64,000 nucleotides of DNA from Pelomyxa schiedti (Eukaryota > Protista > Evosea), in the NCBI GenBank assembly GCA_020536535.1, contig JAHLWZ010000602.1, positions 1 through 64,000 of the forward strand, written 5' to 3'. Under the pieces are notes generated by a model. It did not search any database and was not told the DNA's origin. It saw only the letters and a program-made list of their open reading frames with translations. A program made the translations under genes and the position numbers. The stretch's first letter is position 1. Each line of letters starts with the position of its first letter. Shown here one piece after another: positions 26,073 through 39,018 of this stretch.

Positions 26073-29000
26073 ATGTCAACCAAAGGGGGTACAAAGAAAG
26101 CCAACAAAAATCCGAATCCGACGCCGAAGGTTTTTTTTCCCCCAGTGCTTTTCCTTCTTTGTTGTGAGGATTTTGTTCTATGCGTTGTAGAAATACCACT
26201 TATATGTAAAAACCAAAGGAGGATGTGACTGCAGCAAGTAGTAAGGAAAGCGGGTCATTTCAGGACAAAATGAACTTGAAGGCAAATAAGAGTGAAAAGA
26301 GGGTGTGTAAGTTGGGCAAATTCTTGGTTCCTGGCCGCATGTACTGTGATTGCCAAGGTTATTGCTTGGTTGCAGTTAAAACTTGACAAATTGAATTACA
26401 CTACAGCTGCCAAACATGGGCTCCTCACTAATTGTCTGAATTGTGGCAAAATCATATGTGAACAAGTTTGTGCATTCCCTTTTCCAACTTGAACAAAGGG
26501 GATAGCATATCGAACCTCTCTTATACAACATCAGGAAGGTTACGGCCCATGCCCTTTTTGTGGGTCGATGGTTTCACCCCCTCCTTCAATGAAAAAGATG
26601 GCCAGTGGTGGGGGTTCAAGCTCCGCTGCGAGTGCTTCTGCTTCCGCTGCGGCTGCCGCATCCATTCCACAGATGACAAAAGCTATTGAGCACAAGGATA
26701 TGATGCTCAACTTCGATAAAACATGTGCCCAAAGAACAGTTGTTCTCGGTTCTCTGTTTCTTTTTTGTATGATAAAGTGATTGGAGCCTATAGATGATCA
26801 AGCTGATTACTATAGCACTTCGGAGTGGCTGTCTCCAGAAGAAAAAGCACAGAGACAAAAGGAACTAAAACGTAGAGAGCAAAAGAGACAGTATAGCTTT
26901 TTCCCCTTCTTACAGCCACTTATTTTTCACCTCAGGCGTGAGGAACAAGAAAGAAAGAAAATGCACATAAGCTTTGATTTTGCAGGGCGAAGAGTGTTCT
27001 TCACTGAGGGTGAATTAACCAGTTTCTTTAGTGTTTTTAAAAGTAGATAGATGCCAGCCAACCTAACCTGCAACCTCAATCTGCCATGCTAAAACCGTTG
27101 AAAAGCAATCCTTTTGAAGGTAAAATAACAAGCAAGAAAAATAATCAACCAAAACACAACTGTAGGTCCCAAACCAGTTTTTGAATCGCACGGCCCACCT
27201 CCAATTATGTTTACTCCTAAAAGGTACTATCCTGCAAGTGCTAATTTTCTACCATTTACCTTGATGTAGTGCTCCACATGAACATAGTACCTCCAGGAGA
27301 GTCCAGCATGACTATTTTAGTGTTGACCCAAATGCAGCCTTCGTACCTGTTGATGAGGATGATTTTACTGGTCACCCCATTTTCCAAGTATCTGAGTTCT
27401 CACTTGCTCTTTAGAACAGGCTGCGCAAGCAAGTAATACAGCTCCCTGTCACGCTCTTCCGATATGTGGTTCCTCTGAGGGAGTCTTTTTCAAAAGGTTT
27501 GGCTCTTTTCCTCATTTTTCTTACTAAGAAACACAATTAGATATCACGACACACGAGAAAGAACGTCACTGCTATCATTAATGCATGAAAGCAATATGAA
27601 TCATTACTTATTTGTTCCAGAAAGGCAATGAATCCTCTAACTTTTCTGGAACTTACTCGAGCTCAGCAACTGGAGATCTCTGTGTGCTTCTGTTGTACTC
27701 ACAGATATTGTAACACTGTGCCAACAACAAAAAATTGAATTGAACGTTGGGATAGCGCCTGATGATATCAATTTGAACTCCGAGGCTGATATAAACACAC
27801 TAACTTCGAAGTTCTTTGAGGCATGTTCTGCGCCACGAGCGCACCTTTACTTCTAAATAATGATTTTCCTCAAAAACAGATTCTTTCTTGTGGCGTAACA
27901 CACTTCTCCTTGTTTTTATGTCAGCAACCAAATCAAAAGGCTCTTGGAAACCGCCTGGCCAAAGCCCAGGTATTAATATCCTAAACAAGCTATTCCACCA
28001 CCTTACTGGCTATAAATTAGGCTCATGTGGCCAACAGTGTTATTGCTCGCCTCACTGAGGGGTTATCAAAAGTAGCTGCCGCCGCTCTTAGATTTTACTT
28101 CTGCACGTTTACGTCCCAAGTAGATTTTTCTACTATCATAGAGACAGAGGAGGAACCGAGCTGTTCTGCTCCTTCCCCATCTGTTCAAAATTTTTGGAAA
28201 GAGCTCGATCTTAGCCTTGATAAAAGGTGGTCTCCCGTTTTTCTTTGTTCTCTGACCTTTTTTCTACAGGTTTCTGATAATGATACAAACTTTACCAGTT
28301 TGCTGCAGTGCCAGTGTACCAGCACTGCTTCCACCACAGCTGTCCAAGCAATGGGCCCTGGGAGCCTCATCTGCTTTCCCTTCTCACAAATTATTGTTGC
28401 TGGACCACTATCCAGCAACTGATCATATTAAGGCGTCAGTTCCATTCCCATTGCCGTACTCTGTTAGTATTTTCCTATTTGCGTTTCTTTAACATTTTCG
28501 TAGGGTCGAGATGCGGGACTGTGGGAACATTTTGAGGGCTGTTTGGTTGCCTGTTCTCAGTGGCCTTATGTTGACACTTTAACCCTCAGGACTGCTTTTG
28601 AGTGCCTAGCGAATCCCTTAACTTATTCTCCGTTGGCCAGGTTAGACCACACTTTGCTCCAATAGTTAACCCACAACGAAAGTTTGAAACAGTCCTTACT
28701 GCGCCTCTTCTTTGATGTGCAGCTTGTTGAAGATATTCTCGCGTTAGTAGAGGTGGGTGCTTGGAGTGGAAGGCGGGCAAAAAAATAACAAACCAAAGGT
28801 TGCTCCCTGCTCCTCGAATGCTGAGAATGATGTTGCTATCAAAAAACAGCTATCGCTATCTATAAGAAAGGACGAACTTCCTGGTACCCCGATCAAATTA
28901 CAACTTTCACGCCGATTTTTATGCAACTGCAGAACTCAATAAACGAATTGTACGTGTGAGCAGGAGCTTAAATGGGAAAATTGCGTCTGAGCTCCAACCA

Positions 29001-29630
29001 TTTTTCTATCTCATTTCAAACTTTTTGCAAGAGCTCTCTGGAAACACACCATCCAAACCTCCAACTGTGTCTCCGCCACACAGTGGCCAATTGACCCCAT
29101 CACAAAAACCTCAGGCACAGCCGCAACCTACACCACAATCACAATCCCAACCACAACCACAATCCCAACCACAACCACAACCTCAGCATCAACCGACACC
29201 ATCCCAACCTCAACGACAGCTACAACCACAGTCGACAGCACAACCGGCCCCAACACCACAGCCGCAACAAAGTACGCAGCCGCAAATAACACTGGAACCT
29301 ACGCAACAAACTGCACCCCAAGTCCCCTCAAGTGCACAAACCACAATATCCCCATCTGCTCAACCCCCACAACCACAACCACAGCAACCCACCGTGACTC
29401 CACAAGTACAATCAAAACCCAAGGTTACAATCACCACCAAACCTCATGCACCTTCCCCACCCTCTTCACAGCCACCACCTCCACAACAACAACAACAACA
29501 GCAGCAACCAACACACACCCCCTCACCACCTTCACAGACCAACAACCCTCAACAAATGACAGTAACCAAAACAATCAACACAAGCACTTCAGGCAAGTCC
29601 GTCTCCATCGTAGTAACTAAAAAGTCTTGA
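26073..29630 (+). CDS. TRIP4/ASC-1-type C2HC5 zinc-finger protein fused to a pseudo-O-GlcNAcase (GH84-like) domain and a Gln/Pro-rich tail
   Basis: CDCQAAKHGLLTNCLNCGKIICEQEGYGPCPFC, AIEHKDMMLNFD, DDQADYY and FDFAGRRV. In-frame splicing continues into ICGSSEGVFFKR...NHYLFVP...GIAP...HFSLFLCQ...DHYPATD...PYSGRD. Confidence 0.75.
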
Positions 29631-29707
29631 TGTGATTGAGAACGTTGTTTTTTTTTTTGCCCACTTTGGGAGACAAGAGAGGCATTAGTGTGTTGTGTTT
29701 AATGACC

Positions 29708-32700
29708 TCACTCCCTTGGGAAGGGGTTGATGGGGAACATGTGGTATCCTGCGGATTCAGCTAGGTTCTTGCATGTCACCCAGAACTTGTCGTGGAGTTG
29801 TTGACTGAGGATGTGGCCACTGAAGTTGTGTAGGAACCCATTGGAGAGCAACTTGAGAAGCTCCTCAAGTGTGAGTTTGCAGTCCTCGATGAAGCTTTCC
29901 AATACATCGATCCTTGTAAGGGGAGATGACTGGTTCCTGTTTTGGAGAAATTAGTACGGAGTGAATAAGACTCGCAGACCAACCTGAAGGAACAAATTGT
30001 TATGGGTAACTCATTGTCAATAAACAATCTGACGGGACTTCCGGCAAATGTAGCATTTTTAGTGTGCTCCCTCAGTTTATGCGTCATACTTAGTTCAACG
30101 GCAATTCCTTGGGAAGCTGGAATACCAAATTAGAAAAATGGTAGAGAGCTTCCATTGTTTCATTACCCAAGAAATTCATCAATCGTGGGAAGGTGTGAAC
30201 ATGGAAGGCTCCACTTATACGGGAGGCACCCCCCTCTCGTATTGCCTGAAGAATTGTTCCTACACTACATGGATCAGTTGGTGGCAAGTAGAAGAAGTGG
30301 AGTACCCTTGCAAGCCAGCCACCATGGACACGTTCATATTCTCTGTCTTCAGGTATTCGAAAGTGCTCATGAAATATTTGAAGGATGATTCAGGAATTGC
30401 CTCTTAGTGAGAAATCAGAGAAAGACAATAAAGAGGCAGGCGGACCATCTCCATAGCACCCAAATCCAACAACGAGTGAGTCTTTGTACTTCCGTTGTCG
30501 AACGGCAAGTTCTGCCATGGCTTTGAAAACGATGGGGTCATCGTTGACAGTGTTGACGTGTATAACAATCCCAAGCTGCAGCGGAAATGAATGAAAAAGG
30601 AGGATAAACACAACACTAACATGGATAGGGTGCAGTGCCATCAAATATCTGCATCTTGTATTCACTATCGTCATTACTTGGTCTGGTGTCAAACCCTGCT
30701 CTGTGTGGCACATAGGGTGAATTACAAGTTCCATGTCTACGATTGGGTAAGTTATAATTAATTGCTTTAAATGATCGCAGTCATACATATGACTCCTTCA
30801 TTAACAGCTTGTATTACTATATCGTCGAGAGCTCGCTCGATTTGGTCCGCTTTTTGAAGAACACTCTTAAGTCACCGAGTTAGAACAAAGGATAAAAATG
30901 CCACACGTATCACCCGTGTTATAGCCTTGGCAATCGCAGTGCTGTTATGCAAAGCATTCGAGGCATCTGATGCCTCTGCGGTGGTTAGGATCGTTGCAAT
31001 TTCCTGTGGGGATTTTAATTGATATCGCCTTCAAATTAGTCTACCTCCTTGGTGGTAATGGTCCTCCCAGTGATAGATGCTAGATTGATACTGGCAGTTT
31101 GAAGCTCCTTCCATAGCAGGTCAACGGAAACAGAGCCATCTGTTGATTATTAGCGGTACAGTGGTGTTAGAACATACCCAGTCGACAATGGAGATCTGTC
31201 TTGGGAAGAAGACGAAGAAATTCACGGCTCATACGTCTCTGTGGTAAGCGCCACGAGATTGGGGGACTGTGGAAAGTTGGTTGTCATGTTGTGTATGAAC
31301 AGAGGAACTCACTCCATTGGTAAACCGGTAGTTCCAAAGAAAACACCTATGCTCTTGTAATAAGCCTCCCGAGCTAGAATGCCAGACAAGTCATATCCTT
31401 CCTAAAAAGTGTAAAAAAAATAAGTAACACTACCAAGAACCAACTTGGGATAGAATTCTCAGTGTGTCATGGAAACAATCAGTACGTAACCGTCGTTTCT
31501 CGGTACTGGTCAGGAAAGCAGAGCGGAAGCCGTAGTCAAGCAGTCTAACAATCTCTTCCACGTTGAAGTTGAATTTTTCGTGGAGAAGCATGTACTCCCC
31601 TAGTTTGCATGAGCTGTAGTGCAATACGAAATTTTGGGTACGAACCAGTTAACGTAACAGCACTTACGGTAGTGTTATCTGGAAGTCAAGTTGAGTAAAG
31701 TGTAACAACGACAAAAGTACCAGTGCAAGGCACTGTAAGGGCCCCTGCATCAAAGAACTTGCGGATGGGATGCTCTTCAATACGGGCTATGGCTTTGGTG
31801 TGTACATTGCTTGTAGGGCAACACTAAAGAAACCTTAATTCATTGCATTTCAGATAAACACACCTCAATGGCAATAGAGTGGTCAATAACGTATTCCATA
31901 AGAGCTGGATTTTCCAACAACCTAACACCATGTCCAATGCGATTTGCTCCACAGTACCTTATTGAATCACAAATTGATTCCCAACCAGCAGCTTCTCCGC
32001 TGTGAATTGTACAATGGATACACTTGTTTCGAATGATTTCGAAAGCAGACTTCACTTCTGTTAGTGAGTACCAAAATGCATACTGGTACCTTATGGATCT
32101 TGGAAGAGAATCCAAGTTCGGGGCCAGCAAGATCAAATGCAACTACTCCTTTGTGTCGGTACCTCCTAGTCTAGATAAGAACCTTCTTACAAAAACAATA
32201 ACTAACCAGGCAATCTCGGCGATTTTGAAGCTTTCTGTTGCAGGAAGCTGTCTCATGGCGCATACAATAATTTGCACTCTCAGTGGGAAGCGGTACTGCA
32301 AAGAAATTAACAAAAGTAAGGAATCAAAACAACCATCGCCATAGCCTGTCCTTCGCAAACGGCCTCCATGACACCGCCTTGACTCATGCCTTCCACTGTG
32401 TGTAGAATAGGGGAAAATCGGACTTCAAGATAGCGAACTCCATCGTTCCACGCATCCTCACATACCTGTTGGACTCTAAGTTAATACGGATCGCAGCGAG
32501 ATATAATGTGATCATCGTGTACCTCGTACATTGCTCTTGTGATAGCATCTTGTTATGGGTTTAGTTAGGGGACAAGACGAGTAGAATGAGATACGGAGTT
32601 CGTACAAGGTTTTTGTAAGACTTTGAGCGTGATATCAAACCCACGAAGATATTGCACTAAGGATGTGCAAGTCTCGTCAACTGAAACTAATTTCTTCAAT

Positions 32701-32974
32701 TCGGCTTCATCCATCGTAGGCAGTTCCACTCCCTACACACAGATGAATGAGAAAAAAAAGGAAGCAATAATGTCAACCTGTTCTTTGGCCAATTCAATGA
32801 TCGTAGAAGGACGAATACTGCCATCTTTTTTCAAAGTGAGATTAACTTAATTTAATCAAGTATTGTCAAACCAAGGTGTCGGTGCAGTTCGGCCTTCGGT
32901 AACCGCCTCAAGATCTCATGAGTAAGCTTTGTTTTGGTCGCAGTTGTCGTAGTTACGGTGGTTGTCGATGCCAT
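29708..32974 (-). CDS. Adenosine deaminase with two tandem barrels, the second degenerate
   Basis: Domain 1: PKAELHRHLDGS, YLEVRFSP, FDLAGPE, IHSGEA, RIGHG, PTSN, CTDN. Domain 2: PKTDLHCRLDGS, RISGA. Confidence 0.9.
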
Positions 32975-33405
32975 TTCACGCTCTCACTCTTGGTCGCTTA
33001 ATTAATTTCGGGTCAATTTCGCTGCAAACTAAGTAACTTCGAAAAGATTAATCAGACTCTTCCTCCAGATGTTCTGATTTGGACAAGAACTCCTCCAATC
33101 AGATACTTCTCGGCCCCACAATGAACTGTGAAACAAGAATCAAGCATGCCGTCCAGTCTCCAGTTCTGTGTTTTTGGATCAGGTTGGTGTTCAGATCTTT
33201 CGCAGTTGCGGAGTTTTCTCCGTCATTTTTTTTCGTTCTAACGTTCTAATTGGCTCCCGTTTGCAAAGGTAATAAGCAGTTGCGCAATAAGCCGACATAA
33301 AACAAAAAAAGTTTTTTTTTCTCCGTAAGTCCCGCCGCAGCACCACCTTTAGGCGACCCACTTCCCCCTCACACCGTCCTCCCATAAGAGAGACATAGAA
33401 AGACA

Positions 33406-34126
33406 ATGCCGCACTCATTCGGTTATCGCGCCCGCACCCGCCACTGCTTCGCCCGCGCTTTCCGCAAGCACGGAGGGACACAGGGACTCACCACGTACCT
33501 CCGCACCTACAAGCTGCGCGACTACGTCGACGTCATCGCGAACGGCGCCGTGCACAAGGGCATGCCCCACAGGACCTACCACGGCAAAACCGGCCGCGTG
33601 TGGAACGTGACCCAGAACGGCATCGGCGTCGAGCTCACAAAGCGCGTCGGGCACAGAGTCATGCTCAAGAGAATCCACGTCCGCGTCGAGCACGTAAGGC
33701 CCTCAAGGTGCCAAGAGGAATTCAAGAAACGCCTTGTTGCCAACGACGCTCAGAAGAAAAAGTGGCGCGAGGAGAGTATGTTCCCATCCCGGTTTTTTTT
33801 TTTCCTCACTCTCTTTTTTCTTTTTTTTGAATTATATAACGGCCCCAATCGGCATTAGAATTCAGAATAATTCTAATTAATGTAACATAAAAATGAGCAG
33901 TTTTGTTTGCTTACCTTCACTGCCCCACCTCACGCTTTCCCTTTGTTTTTTTTTTTATTTACTCAAATGACGCTTTTATGTTCTAATCACTATTGCAGAG
34001 ACACCAAAGAACAAGCGCTTCCCTCTTAAGAGATTCCCAGCTGGCCCCAAGGGATCACGCACCGTTAAAGGCCAAACACTCGCCATCGAGAAGGTCGCCC
34101 CACTCAAGTACACCGAAGTTTACTAA
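33406..34126 (+). CDS. RPL21: 60S ribosomal protein L21 (eL21)
   Basis: [47 protein letters not shown]; one intron at about 33777-33998. Confidence 0.97.
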
Positions 34127-34242
34127 ACAAAAAAAAACTTGCAAGTTTGTGCCTTTGTTCATTTACCACTTTCTCTTCCTGTTCTTCCGCTATCTATTCC
34201 TCACTGGAATGAATAAATGGGTGGTGTCCTATCACAAGATGC

Positions 34243-35459
34243 TCATGATTTCTTCTGTTGCATGAGCCTTGTTTTTCCAACAGTATCACGTAGTCTCAGG
34301 GTGATAGAGTGGAACAGGAACAAAGCCAGGCGCTCAGGCATAGCCCCAACAGCGATTCTCTCCAAGTCATGGAACCAGTACGGTGTGAGAGTAGACAGGC
34401 CCAGGGCGCCGAACTTATCTAGAGTGTTGGAAGCCAGGCGGGTGGCGGAGCACACGTGCAACGAGGGGGACTTGTTGAGCGTGGCGGGGGTGGACACCTC
34501 GCCCAGCATGATGGCCTGCACAGCGACGCCGTGGGAGCGGACTTCCTCGCATATTCCGGTGGTGAATGCGTTGATTTTGGCCTTTTCGGGGCCGTAGTTG
34601 GCCAGCAGGACGCTGTAGGAGTAGGAGAGTGAACTTATGTTGAGTATGCGCCCCCTGCGTGTGTTTGGTTGTTGTTGGTTAGGCTTTTGGATTATAAGGA
34701 GGAGAGGGGATAGTACTTCTTATTTCGAATCATCTGAGGAAGAAACATTCGTGTCAGAGTAATGGTTGGCGTGCTGTTTGTGAGCCGAATTACCTTTTTC
34801 CCCTCTAATTAGACTCAAAACTGCAAATGATATAGCAAGGGAGGAAACACAAAGGCCAAATCAACATCCACTAAACACACAATAAAAAAATAAAAAGGCC
34901 CATAAACCAACAAATAAACAAAACAAACAAACAAACAACAAAATACCTCTTCTCCATTAGGATGGGAGTCGACCCAGTAATCCAGAGGCAGCATGCCGGG
35001 CTCCCCGCCCCCCACGTTGTTGACCACCACCGAGACCCGCAGCCCCTCCGTCGCCCTCCTCACCGCCTCGTACGCCTCCGCCCCACCGTCCTTTACAAAG
35101 TCCCCGCTCACGATCCTGACCCTGCACTCGGGGGTCCCCGCCCCCGCCGCGGCCCCTGCCCCTGCCCCTGCGCTCGCGAGGAGGTCGCGGGAGATGGCCT
35201 CGAGGCGGTCGCGGGACCGCGCCACAAGCACGACGTTGAGGCCGCGGGCGAAGAGGGCGCGGGCAAAGGCCTCGCCGGTGCCGAAGGACGCGCCCGTGAC
35301 GACCGCCCACTCGCCGGCGAAGCGGCGCCAGTCCGTGGGCCGCCGCACCCCGTGGACGTAGGCAAACGCGGCCGCGTGGAGGAATAGCCACGCCAGCGTC
35401 GCTGCGCCGCAGAGCCACACCACCGAGCACAAGAAGCCCATTTCGTCACAGCACTGCAT
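34243..35459 (-). CDS. Short-chain dehydrogenase, very-long-chain 3-ketoacyl-CoA reductase/17beta-HSD12-like
   Basis: N-terminal TM segment, WAVVTGASFGTG, GLNVVLVARS, VVNNVG, catalytic YGPEK. Confidence 0.85.
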
Positions 35460-35846
35460 GTCGATATACAGAACGGAACATCTGGTGTCCTCCTCGAAGA
35501 GACTGCGTTAGATTCCGAAATTCGGGACGTCAGAAGTGGAGGAGACTGACTTTGACTCTGAGGTTCTGAATCCTACACTCTGATTGGTGGCCACAGTGCC
35601 CATGCATTCTGTGATGCAAATAGCACTTAGGGACTGCAGCAAAGTTCACCTCCATTGCAAACTACCATGACTCCTGAAGAAAATAGAATTTTTTTGTATG
35701 TTGTTTGTGTTATGCAGGTGGTTTTGCAACTTACTTGGGACCATAGAATTTCGCATCTGACCAAGAATGTTCACATCAAAAAAAACAAACAGCAGGGGGT
35801 AACAACCAGTCTGTAACAGTAAGTTGATAATCTAATTGTCACTAAA

Positions 35847-36420
35847 TCAAGGTGCAAAACTTGTTTCCATTTTAACTAATGTCACGTCAAGGGTCACTCT
35901 CCACTGATTTGTTCCAGGGTCACAGTATTGTCTGTGGTCACCAGAACGTACAAAGTGGCACCAACCAGAGGAATCAACACCTAAAATGAATAAATGGCAA
36001 ATTCGGTGGTTTGAGGGAGCACAACCTGGTCGAAAAACCCACTCAGCAGCTTCGTTGACAACGTCAGCACCAGTTGGGCTGTGAAGGGTTATCCTGTGGC
36101 GCACTGTCAAATTGATGTTGGGGGGCCCTGCAATTTCCAGTCAATTGTGAAATGTTGATGTCAGAGTAAAAGGTTTCTCACGGTTCCTAATGAGAAGGTA
36201 CATCCCAACCCACCCAACATTTTCAGGTTGGCTTTGGTGTGGATCCACCCTCAGGGAAAAAGTGGTCCCGCCAATAAAAGGAAACTGCAAAGAGTTTTTT
36301 TTCCTCACCCCCAGTTTCTAGAGAAAAAAGCACACTTGCGGAGACTCCCACCAAGCTTTATCAAAATCAGCTGGAGCAAGAGGGGTCAAAAGGATATCAG
36401 CTTTAGTTGTGAACAGAGCC
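35847..36420 (-). CDS. MATH (TRAF-C-like) domain protein, 5' end unresolved
   Basis: Spliced sequence FPFIGGTTFSLRVDP...GWVGMYLLIRN...VRHRITLH...WVFRPGVDSSGWCHFV...VTLDVTL follows the MATH strand pattern. Confidence 0.6.
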
Positions 36421-36863
36421 TAAAACCAACAATTTGAACAAATCAAGCATTGTTAGCAACGTACGTACCATCACCAACACCAATAAAATCTTCCCGTAAT
36501 AACAGTTATCTTAAGTGGAAATACAGTCGGGAGCAAAGACCCCAGAAGGATTCAATGGCAACTGGAGTGGAAACCTACTGCTTTCACGAGCGGAGTTCCA
36601 CGGAGATATTGTGCTCTCCGGAGCATGATGACGAGAATTAGGTCTCAAACTCTAGGGGCTCCAGTTGTCAGAACCTGCCGAAAAACTCAGCTAGGTTTCA
36701 CTGGGATAGCACGGTTGATCGGAGTGAAAAACGGTGATAAAACGGGAACCCTAGGGTTCAGGTATCACCCATTTGTTGTTTTTATTACAAGCGCACAATG
36801 AGTGGGTGTTTGTGAGTTTTGGTTGTAATGCAGTAACCCAAACAATGCCATGAAGACCACTGG

Positions 36864-38282
36864 TTATCGGGTGAAAGATAGGACAGCAACGACTAATGAG
36901 ATACACAGTCCCACAACCACACCTACCATTTGGGTGACCCATTGGAATGAATTGCAAGAGAGAACGTACCAAGTTTGGTGCTCTGTGGTAAAGACTTGTC
37001 TCTCAACTTGTGGGTTGGTTTAATTTGTTAATAAACAAGGGAGGGACATACCCAAAATAAAATAATGGTGCCAAGTGAGAAGCCTAAAATTACACCAAAT
37101 AATAGGTCTGTGTTGGACCCCTCCCCTGCCCTTACTCGCCCAACAATGTTATAGTGCATTATATGCGGATCATTAGCATTCCTTAGCCTGGGTTGTGGGG
37201 TGGCTTAGAACGGCAGTTAGATATTAAAATCTCGTGAGCATATGGTACCTTCACGCAAACCAAGCATTTCATCAACTACGGCATCTTCAGCAGACAGAAT
37301 GGCATTGGATGAAAAATCTGCAACCGAGTTCGCTCTACTTGCACTAAACACTTCACGCAGTTGGGCGATTTCTTCATGAGAAAGTCCCACGGTGGCCAAT
37401 CTGTCAAAGCCATGCCGTTCATCTTCCCCATAAAGGAGTGTAGTGTGCGTGGACTGGGTTTCAGAGGCAGTTCTTGGTTGATTCCAGTTTTGCATCCGAT
37501 TACGGGGCTCATGAACGATCGGAACGTCTGTATCCTAGGAGAAGTCCATTAGGTCTAAAGAAGACCTACTGCACACCATTTGCACTCTGACTTCATTGTC
37601 CGGATTAGAAACAATAATGTGCACCACACAATCTTTAGTCATTCCAACAGATTCTAATGTTGAAGCCGAGGCCAAGGCACGGCCCTTATAAATAATTTTA
37701 AGAACCTTATTTTGAAGCTCGGGGCATCTGACAATAGCCTGCGATATGTTGCATTAATTGTATTGCAATAGGAAGTTTAAGACAAGGCACCAAGTCGATC
37801 AGTTGTGACACAGTGTCCTCAGGCACCACGCGAACCACAAAGGAAGACTGGGCCAACACTTTGACAGTGACACCAAAACCTCTATGTACATCAGCACCGG
37901 TGCTGTCATGCCGCCCCGTTGCGTCATTACCAGTGTTTGTTTCGCGGTGAATGTTTTGCGTTGCAAGTCCAGAATCACAACCAGGAACGGTGCCATGACT
38001 GACACACACAGGAACATTGTGGGTGCAACCGGTAGTATCTCCCTCATGCCCAAAGTCAACATTTTTGGCAAGTTTATCAACGCCGCTGGCAGTGTTTATG
38101 TGTCTGTGTCTGCTGCAACTATGATGGGACGTCGTCACAGTCCCGTGGTCGTCGTTCTCACCGCCAACTTGTGCGCTCGTGCTTGTGCTTGTGCACCCGG
38201 AATTATGGGTCGGGAGAGGCTCTGTCTCAGTTCTCTCTTCGTCGTCATGAGCCAACGATGAGTCGTTGTCACTCGGGAGCAT
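36864..38282 (-). CDS. Dsc3-like membrane protein (ubiquitin-like domain + GFDRL domain + two TM segments)
   Basis: Ubiquitin-like LKIIYKGRAL...TLESVG; HGFDRLATVGLSHEEIAQLREVF; DLLFGVILGFSLG; C-terminal QMVGVVVGLCISLVVAVL. Confidence 0.75.
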
Positions 38283-39018
38283 CAAATTAAAGGCCAAATT
38301 GCACCAAAAAAGCAACCAAAGACTCTAGTAGTTATTCTTATGGTACTGGACACTTTGACACTTGTGTTATGAGGAGTGATTTTGGGTGGGAAAAGGAACA
38401 CGACCGATTGTTCTTCGTCAGAGGGCATACTTGACCCAAGGGAGACAAGACAAGATGTTCAAAGAGGATCTCGCAATCTCTATGACGATCTCGAAGCAGC
38501 AGGAACTGATTCGGAAATGTGGCACGTCTCTGTTCAGACCAGCGAATCATCAGTTGCACAACCGCTCGTCCACCAGCTACCTTAAAAGTAGACAAATCCA
38601 ACAACTTCTTCCGTTGACGGAAACCTTATGCTAATGCCACTTATGTTCAAACGAACAGGTTAATCAATTTTTACAATAAGCAGTTCATCACACTTTTTTT
38701 TGTCGAAGGCGAAAATACTTTGTGAAATTAACAAACTCACAAAGGGCCAGAGATCTCTGACCCTTGTTCCTTATTGTTTTTCGGCTCTCACACAAGATCT
38801 AGACGTTGGAGAGTCTATAAGAGAAGTGTGTGCTGCGGGTTTTGTTTGTTTTGGTGTTTTTTTGTTTTTCCTTCGTAATCCGCAGTTACGTCGTGTTTCA
38901 TCAATTAGTGTTTCTACAATGCAGGCCTGTATCGCGTCCACGTCATTTGTCCTTTTCCCCCTACTTCCTGCATTCTCACCTTTGCTCATTTCTTATACAC
39001 AGGATTTTCTCGTGAAAA

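Noticed and set aside
33777-33998. Unusually long RPL21 intron as a possible snoRNA host
   Set aside because: No clear C/D or H/ACA box arrangement was seen.
34957-35449. Multiple overlapping ORFs on both strands (also at 47.3 kb, 55.7 kb and 61.7 kb)
   Set aside because: Shadow ORFs caused by GC-rich first exons depleted of stop codons.
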